Source: an uncultured Bacillota bacterium
Lineage (GTDB): Bacteria; Bacillota; Clostridia; Acetivibrionales; DTU013
Reading direction: 5' to 3'
Assembly: GCA_942493145.1 (NCBI GenBank)
Contig: OW818679.1
Coordinates: 1,103,566 to 1,167,565 of the forward strand
Length of the DNA stretch: 64,000 nt
The notes under the pieces are model-generated. The model made no database searches and had not been told where the DNA came from. It saw nothing but the letters and a program-made list of their open reading frames with translations. Made by a program: the position numbers and the translations under genes. Position 1 is the stretch's first letter. The number at the start of each line of letters is the position of its first letter. Below are positions 1 through 8,549 of this stretch, in pieces.

Positions 1-1481
1 GTTTCGGCAGGGATCTCAGGAAGAGGCTTTTTGCTCATGTTGAGAGCTTTTCACTCAATGAATTCGACAAGATTGGAACACCCTCGCTTATAACAAGGAC
101 AACGAACGATATTACCCAGATCCAGATGGTCGTAATGATGATGATGAGGATGATGCTGATGGCACCGATAATGTGCATTGGCGGCATTATTATGGCAGTA
201 TCGACCGATGCAAAATTATCGTTGCTGCTGGCTGTTGTAATCCCTATAATGGCTCTCTTGCTGACGATCATAACGAAAAAGAGCATGCCCATGTTCAAGG
301 CCATGCAGAAGAAAATTGACAGGATAAATCTGGTATTGCGCGAGAACCTTACCGGTATAAGGGTTATCAGGGCATTCAACAGGATAGAGCAGGAAAGAAA
401 GCGTTTCAGCGAGGCAAACACCGACCTGGCGGATGTCTCAATCAGGGCGAATGTCATAATGGCGGGGATGATGCCCTTCACGATGTTTATCATGAATCTT
501 GCCACAGTGGCTATAATCTGGTTCGGCGGTATAAGGGTCAATAACGGGGGAATGCAGATAGGCGAGCTTATGGCCTTCATACAATACGCGACAGAAATAC
601 TGATGTCAATCAACGGTATGTCCTTCATACTGGTCATGCTGCCGCGTGCATCGGCATCTTCAGGCAGGATCAACGAGGTGCTTGATACCGTACCTGGTAT
701 TCGGGATGCGGAGGTCGTCAAATCGACAGCCGGGAAAAAGGGCTATGTGGAGTTCAGGGACGTATGCTTCAGCTATCCCGGTGCCGAGCAGCCTGCGATA
801 AGTGATATATCATTCAGCGCATTCCCGGGCGAGATAACTGCAATAATCGGGGGAACAGGTTCTGGAAAATCAACGCTGATAAACCTTTTGCCAAGATTCT
901 ATGATATAGACCTTGGTTCGGTAATGGTTGACGGTGTTGATGTAAGGGAGATATCCCAGGAGGAGCTCCGCTCCAAAATCGGTTATGTACCCCAGAAGGC
1001 AGTACTATTCACAGGGACTGTAGAAGGAAATATCCGTTATGGCAAGCAGGACGCCAGTATGGAGGAAGTAAGGCATGCGGCAGAGGTAGCCCAGTCAATC
1101 GATTTCATAGAAGGTATGAACGAAGGTTTCAAATCATATATAGCGCAGGGTGGCACAAATGTATCAGGTGGTCAGAAGCAGCGGTTGTCCATTGCAAGGG
1201 CTCTTGCCCGTAAACCTGAGATATACATATTTGACGACAGTTTTTCAGCTCTTGACTTTAAAACAGATGCAAGGCTTCGTGCAGCATTGAAAAAGGAAAT
1301 TGCGGATGCCACTGTTATCATCGTTGCACAGCGTGTCAGCACTATAATGGATGCTGACAGGATCATAGTGCTTGAAGAAGGAAGGATATCAGGTATGGGC
1401 AATCACAGGGAGCTTCTATCCAGCTGCGGGGTATACAGGGAGATTGTTTCCTCCCAGCTTTCAGAGGAGGAAATAGCATGA
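1..1481 (+). CDS. ABC exporter, fused permease/ATPase subunit (heterodimeric multidrug-type); 5' end lies outside the window
   Basis: Frame 3 is open from base 3 (FGRDLRKRLFAHVESFSLNEFDKIGTPSLITRTTNDITQIQ) and runs into ORF 126..1481. Walker A GGTGSGKST, signature VSGGQKQR, Walker B IYIFDDSFSALD. ATGA overlap with the next gene. Confidence 0.9.
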   Translation, partial: FGRDLRKRLFAHVESFSLNEFDKIGTPSLITRTTNDITQIQMVVMMMMRMMLMAPIMCIGGIIMAVSTDAKLSLLLAVVIPIMALLLTIITKKSMPMFKAMQKKIDRINLVLRENLTGIRVIRAFNRIEQERKRFSEANTDLADVSIRANVIMAGMMPFTMFIMNLATVAIIWFGGIRVNNGGMQIGELMAFIQYATEILMSINGMSFILVMLPRASASSGRINEVLDTVPGIRDAEVVKSTAGKKGYVEFRDVCFSYPGAEQPAISDISFSAFPGEITAIIGGTGSGKSTLINLLPRFYDIDLGSVMVDGVDVREISQEELRSKIGYVPQKAVLFTGTVEGNIRYGKQDASMEEVRHAAEVAQSIDFIEGMNEGFKSYIAQGGTNVSGGQKQRLSIARALARKPEIYIFDDSFSALDFKTDARLRAALKKEIADATVIIVAQRVSTIMDADRIIVLEEGRISGMGNHRELLSSCGVYREIVSSQLSEEEIA

Positions 1482-3415
1482 GCGATGCACCTATAGGAAA
1501 AGGGAATCAAAGCTTCAAACCCGGGCAGGGACCCGGACAAGGACCAGGCGGTCCAGGACACGGTCCTGGTGGCGGAAGACCTGGAGGCCCCATGGGCGGC
1601 CTTCTTATGATCGTTGAAAAACCCAAGGATCTCAAGGGTTCTTTGAGAAGGATCTTCTCATATTTAAAACCAAGAATGTTCCAGGTTATAATGGTTGTGA
1701 TCCTGACCATCCTCGGTACTGCTTTCGGAGTAATAAGCCCCAAGGTCCTGGGCAATGCCACGACTAAGATATTTGAAGGCGTTGAGGATAAACTGAAAGG
1801 CATATCCGATGCAGGTGTGGATTTCAAATACCTGTCCGTACTTGTGACCTTCCTTGTGCTTATATATCTGGGCAGTACATTGTTCAACTATCTGCAGCAG
1901 GTTCTGATGGCGAAAATATCCCAAAAGACCGTATTCGATATACGGGAGGATATAAATAAGAAGCTCTCAAAGCTGCCACTCAGATTTTATGATTCACGTA
2001 CCCATGGAGAAATAATGAGCAGGGTAACGAATGACGTGGACAATATCAGTGTAACAATCCAGCAGACTCTGACCCAGATGATTTCAGCGATAGTAACTCT
2101 TTTAGGCACCTTTGTCATGATGCTGGTCATAAGCCCATTGCTCACGCTGATTGTTGTTCTTACACTGCCACTGTCGTTGTTTCTTACAACAGTGATTGCT
2201 AAAAAATCGCAGAAATACTTCAAGGACCAGCAGACCTGGCTAGGCGAGCTCAATGGGCATGTTGAGGAAATGTATACCGGTCACAAAATCGTCAAGGCTT
2301 TTGGGAATGAAGAAGTATCCATAAGAGAGTTTGACGATATAAACGATAAGTATTTCGAAGCCTCATGGAAGGCACAGTTCATATCAGGCATCATCATGCC
2401 GATGATGAATTTTATCAACAACTTCGGGTATGTTCTGGTATGTGTGGTCGGAGGTATTCTTGTAACCAGGAATGCCATGGAGATAGGGGACATACAGGCT
2501 TTCATACAATATACAAGGCAGTTTTCACAGCCAATAGTGATGCTTGCTTCGGTAACGAACATCATACAGTCGGGCATAGCATCTGCCGAAAGGGTCTTTG
2601 AGCTGCTCGACCAGCCGGAGGAACTGCCTGACAGCGAGGATTCAGTTGAAGGCAGCGCACCCGAAGGCGTGGTCAGGATTTCAAATGTTGACTTCGGATA
2701 TAAGGAAAACAATCCGATCATTGAAAATTTGAACATGGATGTTAAGTCAGGTCAGACAATAGCTATCGTCGGGCCTACCGGTGCAGGTAAAACCACCCTT
2801 GTGAACCTGCTTATGAGGTTCTATGAGCTATGGGACGGAAGCATAACCATTGATGGCCGCAATATAACTGATATGAAGCGTGGTAGCCTCAGGAGGATAT
2901 TCGGCATGGTGCTTCAGGACACATGGCTGTTCAACGGAACCATACGTGACAATATCGCATATGGCCGTGAAGGCGCCACCGAGGAGGAAATAATTCGTGC
3001 GGCAAAAGCGGCCCACGCTGACCACTTCATCAGGACGCTTCCGGACGGATACAACACATTATTGAATGAAGACGCCTCCAATATATCACAGGGGCAGAAG
3101 CAGCTGCTTACAATTGCTCGCGCGATACTTTCAGATCCTGCGATCCTGATCCTCGACGAAGCAACCAGCAGTGTAGATACCAGGACGGAAATACTGATTC
3201 AGAAGGCTATGACCTCCATGATGAAGGGCAGGACCAGCTTTGTAATAGCACACAGACTGTCCACCATCAGGGAGGCGGATATTATTCTGGTAATGAATAA
3301 CGGAAGCATCATAGAGACTGGAAGCCACAAGGAACTGCTTGAGCAGAAGGGCTTCTACGCTGATCTTTACAACAGCCAGTTCACCGGGGCGAATCTGGAA
3401 GAGTTGGCGGTGTAA
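1478..3415 (+). CDS. ABC exporter, fused permease/ATPase subunit (partner of the upstream gene)
   Basis: Membrane domain followed by Walker A GPTGAGKTT, signature ISQGQKQL, Walker B ILILDEATSSVD. Gly/Pro-rich N-terminal tail GQGPGQGPGGPGHGPGGGRPGGP. Translationally coupled to the upstream gene. Confidence 0.9.
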   Translation: MSDAPIGKGNQSFKPGQGPGQGPGGPGHGPGGGRPGGPMGGLLMIVEKPKDLKGSLRRIFSYLKPRMFQVIMVVILTILGTAFGVISPKVLGNATTKIFEGVEDKLKGISDAGVDFKYLSVLVTFLVLIYLGSTLFNYLQQVLMAKISQKTVFDIREDINKKLSKLPLRFYDSRTHGEIMSRVTNDVDNISVTIQQTLTQMISAIVTLLGTFVMMLVISPLLTLIVVLTLPLSLFLTTVIAKKSQKYFKDQQTWLGELNGHVEEMYTGHKIVKAFGNEEVSIREFDDINDKYFEASWKAQFISGIIMPMMNFINNFGYVLVCVVGGILVTRNAMEIGDIQAFIQYTRQFSQPIVMLASVTNIIQSGIASAERVFELLDQPEELPDSEDSVEGSAPEGVVRISNVDFGYKENNPIIENLNMDVKSGQTIAIVGPTGAGKTTLVNLLMRFYELWDGSITIDGRNITDMKRGSLRRIFGMVLQDTWLFNGTIRDNIAYGREGATEEEIIRAAKAAHADHFIRTLPDGYNTLLNEDASNISQGQKQLLTIARAILSDPAILILDEATSSVDTRTEILIQKAMTSMMKGRTSFVIAHRLSTIREADIILVMNNGSIIETGSHKELLEQKGFYADLYNSQFTGANLEELAV

Positions 3416-3429
3416 GGCCAGTGGGGTAA

Positions 3430-3465
3430 GAACCCTTGAAATTTTCTCAAGGGTTCCCGTTTTTG
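3430..3465 (+). terminator. Intrinsic terminator of the ABC exporter operon
   Basis: GAACCCTTGA / TCAAGGGTTC 10-bp stem, 7-nt loop, then CCGTTTTT. Confidence 0.7.
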
Positions 3466-3707
3466 GGACTGCTGCCGGAGGTATTCTTCCATGAGCCTTC
3501 TTCATTACATTCATACTCCGAACCATCATCATTCTTGATTTTCGATCCAACAGCATGCCTTTTATGGTCATATACACAGAAAGGATCAACTGCCGCATTG
3601 CCTGTTGGCTGTTGGGTAACGGCTTTTATTTCAGTTGAAGCCTTTATGTCACTATGTGAAGTAATGTTGTTTACAGAGATATCATCTTTCTTTTTATTAT
3701 TACGCAT
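3447..3707 (-). CDS. Small hypothetical protein (86 aa; Lys/Asn-rich N-terminus; C-terminal C..YDHKRHAVGSKIKNDDGSEYECNEEGSW)
   Basis: ORF with GAGAGGA about 8 nt upstream of the ATG. No family recognised. Its 3' end runs through the convergent terminator hairpin. Confidence 0.45.
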   Translation of the reverse strand: MRNNKKKDDISVNNITSHSDIKASTEIKAVTQQPTGNAAVDPFCVYDHKRHAVGSKIKNDDGSEYECNEEGSWKNTSGSSPKNGNP

Positions 3708-3784
3708 TTCATCAATCCTCTCACAGCTATGATTGGGTGTATAAAAACCCTATCATAAATATGCGCAATATATGATAAAATAAT

Positions 3785-4963
3785 TCATTCCACTCTAAGT
3801 AGATGTTTTAACTGTTCTACATTGAGCTCTGTCGGGATACCTTCTTCATGCCAATGGTTCCTGCAGCCGCAGTAATCCAGAAGCACACACTGGGCGGGAA
3901 CCCCCATGTCCTTAAGCATCCATCCACCGGAGATAAGGTTCAGGATACAGGCAACTCCGATAACTCCTGTATTTTCCGGAAAGGATGTACCATCATCTTT
4001 CCTTGCAGATATGGAGGATTCATGAGGGATGACAGCCACACCAAATCCATGTTGTTTTCCCAACCTGGCAAGTATGAAAACTGAGCAACCCTCGGTGCAA
4101 CCGGCACATTTGAAGCCTGTGCCATTTTGTGTAGCTTTGCATCTATCTCCAGGCATTAATCTCATACATGCCGGTAAAAGCAGCAGCTTATGGCCGGTTT
4201 TGAGAAAATCCTCCCGGAAGGCCATATTCATGATCTCAGCACCTACCATATTCAAATGATATTCCACCCTTCGCCTGCCACAGAAGATAACATCCTCATG
4301 CCAGTATCGTTCAGGGCGTATTTCATTAAGATAACGTTCAACATTTTTGGTATATTTGCCTAGTGCACTTTCGCTTTCTCCTTCGAACCATATGGCGAAT
4401 GTAAGGGAAGTGGCCAGGTGATCGGAAGCTTCCAGGGTAGACAGAGTGGAGAGGAATTCTTTCCACACAGTCAGCCTCTTTGCCTCCTGGGTGAATTCCC
4501 CTGTGGCATCCAGCCAACCAAGCAGCTTCTCCATATTTTTCAATGTCGGTTCCATAAAAAACATATTATCGTACAGATCGGGAGAAAGAAAAAGCGTGGA
4601 AAGTATTCCCCGAAGGAAGTCTATCCCGGGCTTGAGTACAATATTCTGGCGACGGAGGTTTTTGAGACCGGCCAGCACTTGCTTGGGTGGGTTTTCGAGA
4701 TTTGATGCATCTCCGCTGTATATTTTCCAAAGAGTGCCCAATATCAGGAATTCCAGTATACTCTCTTCAGATGCAGGAGGCGTTTGTGTCCCACAGGATT
4801 CCAGTGTCCTGGAGGATGCAAGATATGAACGGTATTGTTTTATCAGGCTTCCTGCCAGCCTGTCGGCTTCGGCCAGAACCTTATCTGTAAATACAGCGAC
4901 ATCCTGATAGTATGTATCTGAATCCTTTAATCTGCCTTTAAGAGAATAAGTGATTGTATACAT
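3785..4963 (-). CDS. DUF116-domain protein with a long N-terminal extension
   Basis: The C-terminal half has the DUF116-like pattern LLLLPACMR..C..C.GC..C......GVACILNL..G.......P.QCVLLDYCGC. The start is moved to MYTITYSL because GGAGG lies about 11 nt upstream. Confidence 0.65.
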   Translation of the reverse strand: MYTITYSLKGRLKDSDTYYQDVAVFTDKVLAEADRLAGSLIKQYRSYLASSRTLESCGTQTPPASEESILEFLILGTLWKIYSGDASNLENPPKQVLAGLKNLRRQNIVLKPGIDFLRGILSTLFLSPDLYDNMFFMEPTLKNMEKLLGWLDATGEFTQEAKRLTVWKEFLSTLSTLEASDHLATSLTFAIWFEGESESALGKYTKNVERYLNEIRPERYWHEDVIFCGRRRVEYHLNMVGAEIMNMAFREDFLKTGHKLLLLPACMRLMPGDRCKATQNGTGFKCAGCTEGCSVFILARLGKQHGFGVAVIPHESSISARKDDGTSFPENTGVIGVACILNLISGGWMLKDMGVPAQCVLLDYCGCRNHWHEEGIPTELNVEQLKHLLRVE

Positions 4964-5129
4964 TATTATTCTAACCTCCAAACACATCCTGAGTATGAAA
5001 TAATCCCCCCAATATTATATAGGATTTGAGGGGGTTATCAATTGTTTTTTTGTGAACTATACAGCCATTGAATTTGATATAATGTAATCAAATTTTGACA
5101 GTAGGTTCATTCTTATTTGGTGATGGGAG

Positions 5130-6056
5130 ATGACAGATTTGATAGATATATTATTAAAAGAAATAGAAGCAAACGGCGACAAGGTCGGAATCCTTTCAGT
5201 CGACGATCTTCGATATGTTGCGCAGGATATTGAAAAAATTGAAAATACCGGTTGGCTTAATGATTTTCAGAAATTTATAGTAAATGAATTATATGATTTC
5301 AATTTGCCCAGGATAAGCTTCGAAATCAAATCAATATTAATAGTGGCTACGCCAAGTTCATTGGTGAATTTGGTATTTAATAAAAAGGGGAAAAAGGCAT
5401 ATACTATATTGCCGCCAACCTATGCTGATTATATTTCTGCCCCAAAGAGTGTTGAGGAATATCTGAAAAAGTTGATGAAATTGTACGGATATCATATTTG
5501 TCCCGCACCCAAATTACCTTATAAACTATTAGCTGTAAGGAGCGGATTAAGTAAATACGGAAGAAACAATATTGCCTATATTGATGGATTGGGGAGCTAC
5601 TTCAATCTGGCAGTGTTCTACTCTGATTTACCTTATGACAAAGAAGGTTTAATTGAGATCAGCCAAATGGACAACTGTCAGAATTGTACTTTATGCATGC
5701 AATACTGCCCAACAAACGCCATATCGGAGAATAGATTTCTTATCGATAACCAGCGTTGCCTGACTTGCTATAATGAAGAAGATGGGCAGGATTTCCCTGA
5801 TTGGGTGGAAGAATCCGCTCATAATTCGATAGTTGGTTGTATACGTTGTCAAATAGTCTGTCCATATAATATGAAGCAGGCGGGCACTGTTAACAAAACG
5901 GTAGAATTTTCTGAACAGGAAACTGATATGCTATTGAATGGGAGTTCTTTTGAAAGCTATTCTTTTGAATTCCGGGAGAAGGTTGAAGATTTGGGTCTGG
6001 ATAACTATCTTACTGTTATACCAAGAAATCTGGGCGTTCTTTTTGAAAGGGGATGA
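5130..6056 (+). CDS. 4Fe-4S dicluster protein, epoxyqueuosine-reductase (QueG)/reductive-dehalogenase-like
   Basis: CQNCTLCMQYCP and GCIRCQIVCP ferredoxin motifs in the C-terminal third. The overall layout resembles short QueG-like proteins. Confidence 0.5.
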   Translation: MTDLIDILLKEIEANGDKVGILSVDDLRYVAQDIEKIENTGWLNDFQKFIVNELYDFNLPRISFEIKSILIVATPSSLVNLVFNKKGKKAYTILPPTYADYISAPKSVEEYLKKLMKLYGYHICPAPKLPYKLLAVRSGLSKYGRNNIAYIDGLGSYFNLAVFYSDLPYDKEGLIEISQMDNCQNCTLCMQYCPTNAISENRFLIDNQRCLTCYNEEDGQDFPDWVEESAHNSIVGCIRCQIVCPYNMKQAGTVNKTVEFSEQETDMLLNGSSFESYSFEFREKVEDLGLDNYLTVIPRNLGVLFERG

Positions 6057-6063
6057 TCGAAAT

Positions 6064-6828
6064 ATGTATTCCGGTGAACTGATGAAGGTTGCCTTGAAAG
6101 CAGGGGAACTGCTCCTGATAAGCGGTGCGGAGATATACAGGGTAGAGGATACCATATCCAGAATATGCAGGAGCTATGGCGCAAACTGTGAAAGCTTCGT
6201 ACTCCCTACAGGTGTGTTTGTGTCCATTACGCAGGAGGGTCAGGAGGTTTATACGGCATTCAGACGCATAAAGCAGAGATCGGTTGACCTGAACAGAATA
6301 GATATGGTGAATTCTTTTTCCAGAAGATTGATAACAGCACCACTGTCATATGAAGAGGCTTTAGCTGAGCTTGATTCGATTGCAGCAAGCAAGGAGTACG
6401 GCTTTCTTATGAGAACTGCAGCTGCGGGACTTGCCGCTTTTGCATTTGCACTTCTTTTTAAAGGCAGTCTGAAGGACGGACTTGCCGCTTTTATAATAGG
6501 TATGCTTATATACATAATCAAGGAGAGGATTGCTGTAAAGGGCCTCTTTCAATTCTTCGAGCTTTTTGTTGCCGGACTCGTTACAGGTGTGGCTGCTGCT
6601 TTCGCTGTATGGCTTTTCCCTGATTTGAATATATACAAGATCATAATCGGTTCCATTATGATGTTCCTGCCTGGTGTGGCTATTACAAACAGCATTAAGG
6701 ACATATTGTATGGAGACCTTGTAGCCAGTATAGCCAGGATGGGGGAGGCTGTATTTTCAGTTGCTTCGATTGGAGTAGGTGTTGCAATTGCATTATCAAT
6801 CGCGCTGAAATGGGGGATTATCTTATGA
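6064..6828 (+). CDS. Threonine/serine exporter family protein, ThrE N-terminal-type (DUF1212)
   Basis: MYSGELMKVALKAGELLLISGAEIYRVEDTISRI.. is the typical family start, followed by five hydrophobic segments. The ORF-track start at 5938 overlaps the upstream gene and was trimmed. Confidence 0.8.
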   Translation: MYSGELMKVALKAGELLLISGAEIYRVEDTISRICRSYGANCESFVLPTGVFVSITQEGQEVYTAFRRIKQRSVDLNRIDMVNSFSRRLITAPLSYEEALAELDSIAASKEYGFLMRTAAAGLAAFAFALLFKGSLKDGLAAFIIGMLIYIIKERIAVKGLFQFFELFVAGLVTGVAAAFAVWLFPDLNIYKIIIGSIMMFLPGVAITNSIKDILYGDLVASIARMGEAVFSVASIGVGVAIALSIALKWGIIL

Positions 6829-7250
6829 ATGAAGTAATGCTTGCATTTGCCGGTAGTTTTTGTGCCGGAGTATTGTTCAACATCAAAGGTATGAAAATGT
6901 TCTGGATGGGCATTTCTGGCGCGGCAGGATGGCTGGTCTACATATGGTGCTATAATCTTACCGGACAATCTGTAATGTCGATTTTCATTGGTGCTGTTGT
7001 AGTGGGTATATACAGTGAGAGTGCAGCACGTCTGCTCAAAAGCCCTGCAACCATATTTTCCATTCCAGGTATTTTTCCCATTGTTCCGGGAATCGCAGCG
7101 TATGAAACGATACAATTCCTTGTCACAGGAAATCTGGATGCTGCTGGCGGTAAAATGCTGGAAACCCTAACCGGCGCCGGAGCAATAGCTTTTGGTATCA
7201 TGCTGGTCACAGCCATGTTCAGAATAATATTCAAAAGAATCAGAAGATAG
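6825..7250 (+). CDS. Threonine/serine exporter family protein, C-terminal-type (DUF3815)
   Basis: ATGA overlap with the upstream gene. Small four-TM protein (MNEVMLAFAGSFCAGVLFNIKG..), the usual partner of DUF1212. Confidence 0.8.
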   Translation: MNEVMLAFAGSFCAGVLFNIKGMKMFWMGISGAAGWLVYIWCYNLTGQSVMSIFIGAVVVGIYSESAARLLKSPATIFSIPGIFPIVPGIAAYETIQFLVTGNLDAAGGKMLETLTGAGAIAFGIMLVTAMFRIIFKRIRR

Positions 7251-7427
7251 TTAACTCTTATAACTGTGCAACTTAACTGAGCAACTTAACTGAGCAACTT
7301 AACTGAGCAACTTAACTGAGCAACTTAACTGAGCAACTTAACTGAGCAACTTAACTGAGCAACTTAACTGAGCAACTTAACTGTGCAGCTTAACTGAGCA
7401 GCTGAATTGCGTGCGCAGCTTAATTTA
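7251..7427. repeat. 13-bp tandem repeat array, unit CTTAACTGAGCAA
   Basis: Eight perfect head-to-tail units at 7272-7375. Degenerate units flank them on both sides (TATAACTGTGCAA, CTTAACTGTGCAG, CTTAACTGAGCAG, CTTAATTTAGCGG). Confidence 0.95.
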
Positions 7428-7653
7428 GCGGGCATGGCTGCAGGCTGGCTGAATGTTTGCGAACAGCTGCAGGCTGTTATGCTGATCCGAAGTCGTAATG
7501 GGGCACCAGGAACATAATGCCGAGCCATGGATGGCGAGGCCGCTGGTCTGGAGGAACGGATTCCGACTGACCTGCGCCCCCATTATGACGAGGATGAAGC
7601 ATTACAGCCTGCCTGTGAGCAAACCTGAAGCCCAAGCCTGCAGCCATGCCCGC
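7428..7653 (+). ncRNA. Candidate structured element, unclassified (copy A of a two-copy family)
   Basis: 18-bp perfect closing stem 7428-7445/7636-7653, with the arms paired almost end to end. The apex has unpaired CAGGAACATAAT followed by two small hairpins. It is homologous to 29353..29581 on the opposite strand, with compensatory changes. Strand is assigned by analogy to copy B, which lies sense-downstream of the transposase. Confidence 0.5.
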
Positions 7654-7657
7654 ACCT

Positions 7658-8362
7658 TTACATCGGTTTCATAAACTGTTGCGTCCAGTAGCATACACCT
7701 TTGCTGTTCTTAGCCAATCCGACGCCTATTTCTGTATAAGTCGCACTCATTATATTGCTCCTGTGGCCGGGGGAGTTCATCCAGGCGTTCATTACCTCCT
7801 GGGGAGTCTGCTGGCCGTATGCGATATTTTCACCGGCAGCTGAAAACCTGAGGCCGAAATTCTCCATCATTTGGAAGGGCGTTCCGTATGTGGGAGATGT
7901 GTGCGAAAAATAGCCCTTGTTTGCCATATCTGCAGATTTGTATCGTGCTACCCTGCAAAGCTGCCAGTTTGCCTTAAGAGTCTGGAGGCCTGCTTTTGAT
8001 CTCTGTACATTGACCAGCCTGATTACTTCGTTTTCCTGGGCAGTTGTTGTAACGGTCGGTATATTGAGCTGTTGACCGGGATAAATCATATTGGGATTCT
8101 TTATCTGCGGATTGGCAGAAATTATCTCACTTACACCGACCTGGTTCCTTGATGCTATTCTCCACATGGTATCGCCGGACTTAACGATATATGTGGTGGA
8201 TTGGGCAAAGGTTTGCGCAGTGAAAACCAGCAGCACCGCAGTTATAAGAAGGATTTTTTTTCTGAAACCGAAACGCTTTTTAAAACCAAACCGCTTGTTA
8301 AAACCGAGCCGTGTCTTAATTTCCAGTATCCAATCTTCCTTCACATTAGAATCTTTCATCAT
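7658..8362 (-). CDS. Secreted LysM-domain plus CAP/SCP (YkwD-like) domain protein
   Basis: Signal/TM segment. LysM: YIVKSGDTMWRIASRNQVGVSEIISANPQIKNPNMIYPGQQLNIP. CAP domain: VN.QR...GL..L.......A..KS.DM....YFSHTSP.YG.....M......AGENIAYG......V...WMNSPGHR.NI. Confidence 0.85.
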   Translation of the reverse strand: MMKDSNVKEDWILEIKTRLGFNKRFGFKKRFGFRKKILLITAVLLVFTAQTFAQSTTYIVKSGDTMWRIASRNQVGVSEIISANPQIKNPNMIYPGQQLNIPTVTTTAQENEVIRLVNVQRSKAGLQTLKANWQLCRVARYKSADMANKGYFSHTSPTYGTPFQMMENFGLRFSAAGENIAYGQQTPQEVMNAWMNSPGHRSNIMSATYTEIGVGLAKNSKGVCYWTQQFMKPM

Positions 8363-8549
8363 ATAAAAATCACCTCATCATATTTTCAAAATCTCTTCAG
8401 TATATTTTTTACCTTCAGAGGGGGAAATGATGCTGTCAAATTCGAGCTTGAATGCCAATAAATGATGCCTGAAAATATGGCTATTGACATGCTGATTGCT
8501 TTGCGAAATAATAATTACGTACTAAAGAAAAAACAGGAAGAGGTTTCAG

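Noticed and set aside
3436-3732. 98-aa + strand ORF overlapping the small minus-strand gene
   Set aside because: It starts inside the ABC-operon terminator, has no RBS, and has a Phe/Leu/Ser-rich composition. The minus-strand ORF has a good RBS and was preferred, at modest confidence.
7251-7427. CRISPR array?
   Set aside because: The units are 13 bp and directly abutting, with no spacers and no cas genes in the window. It is a simple tandem repeat.
7428-7653. Could the long irregular hairpin be 6S RNA or the SRP (scRNA) RNA?
   Set aside because: The rod-like shape prompted the idea. However, I could not find the SRP helix-8 signature or a 6S-type large central bubble. A homologous copy also sits inside an IS element, which is not expected for a housekeeping RNA. 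It is kept as unclassified, and a cmscan is needed to be certain.
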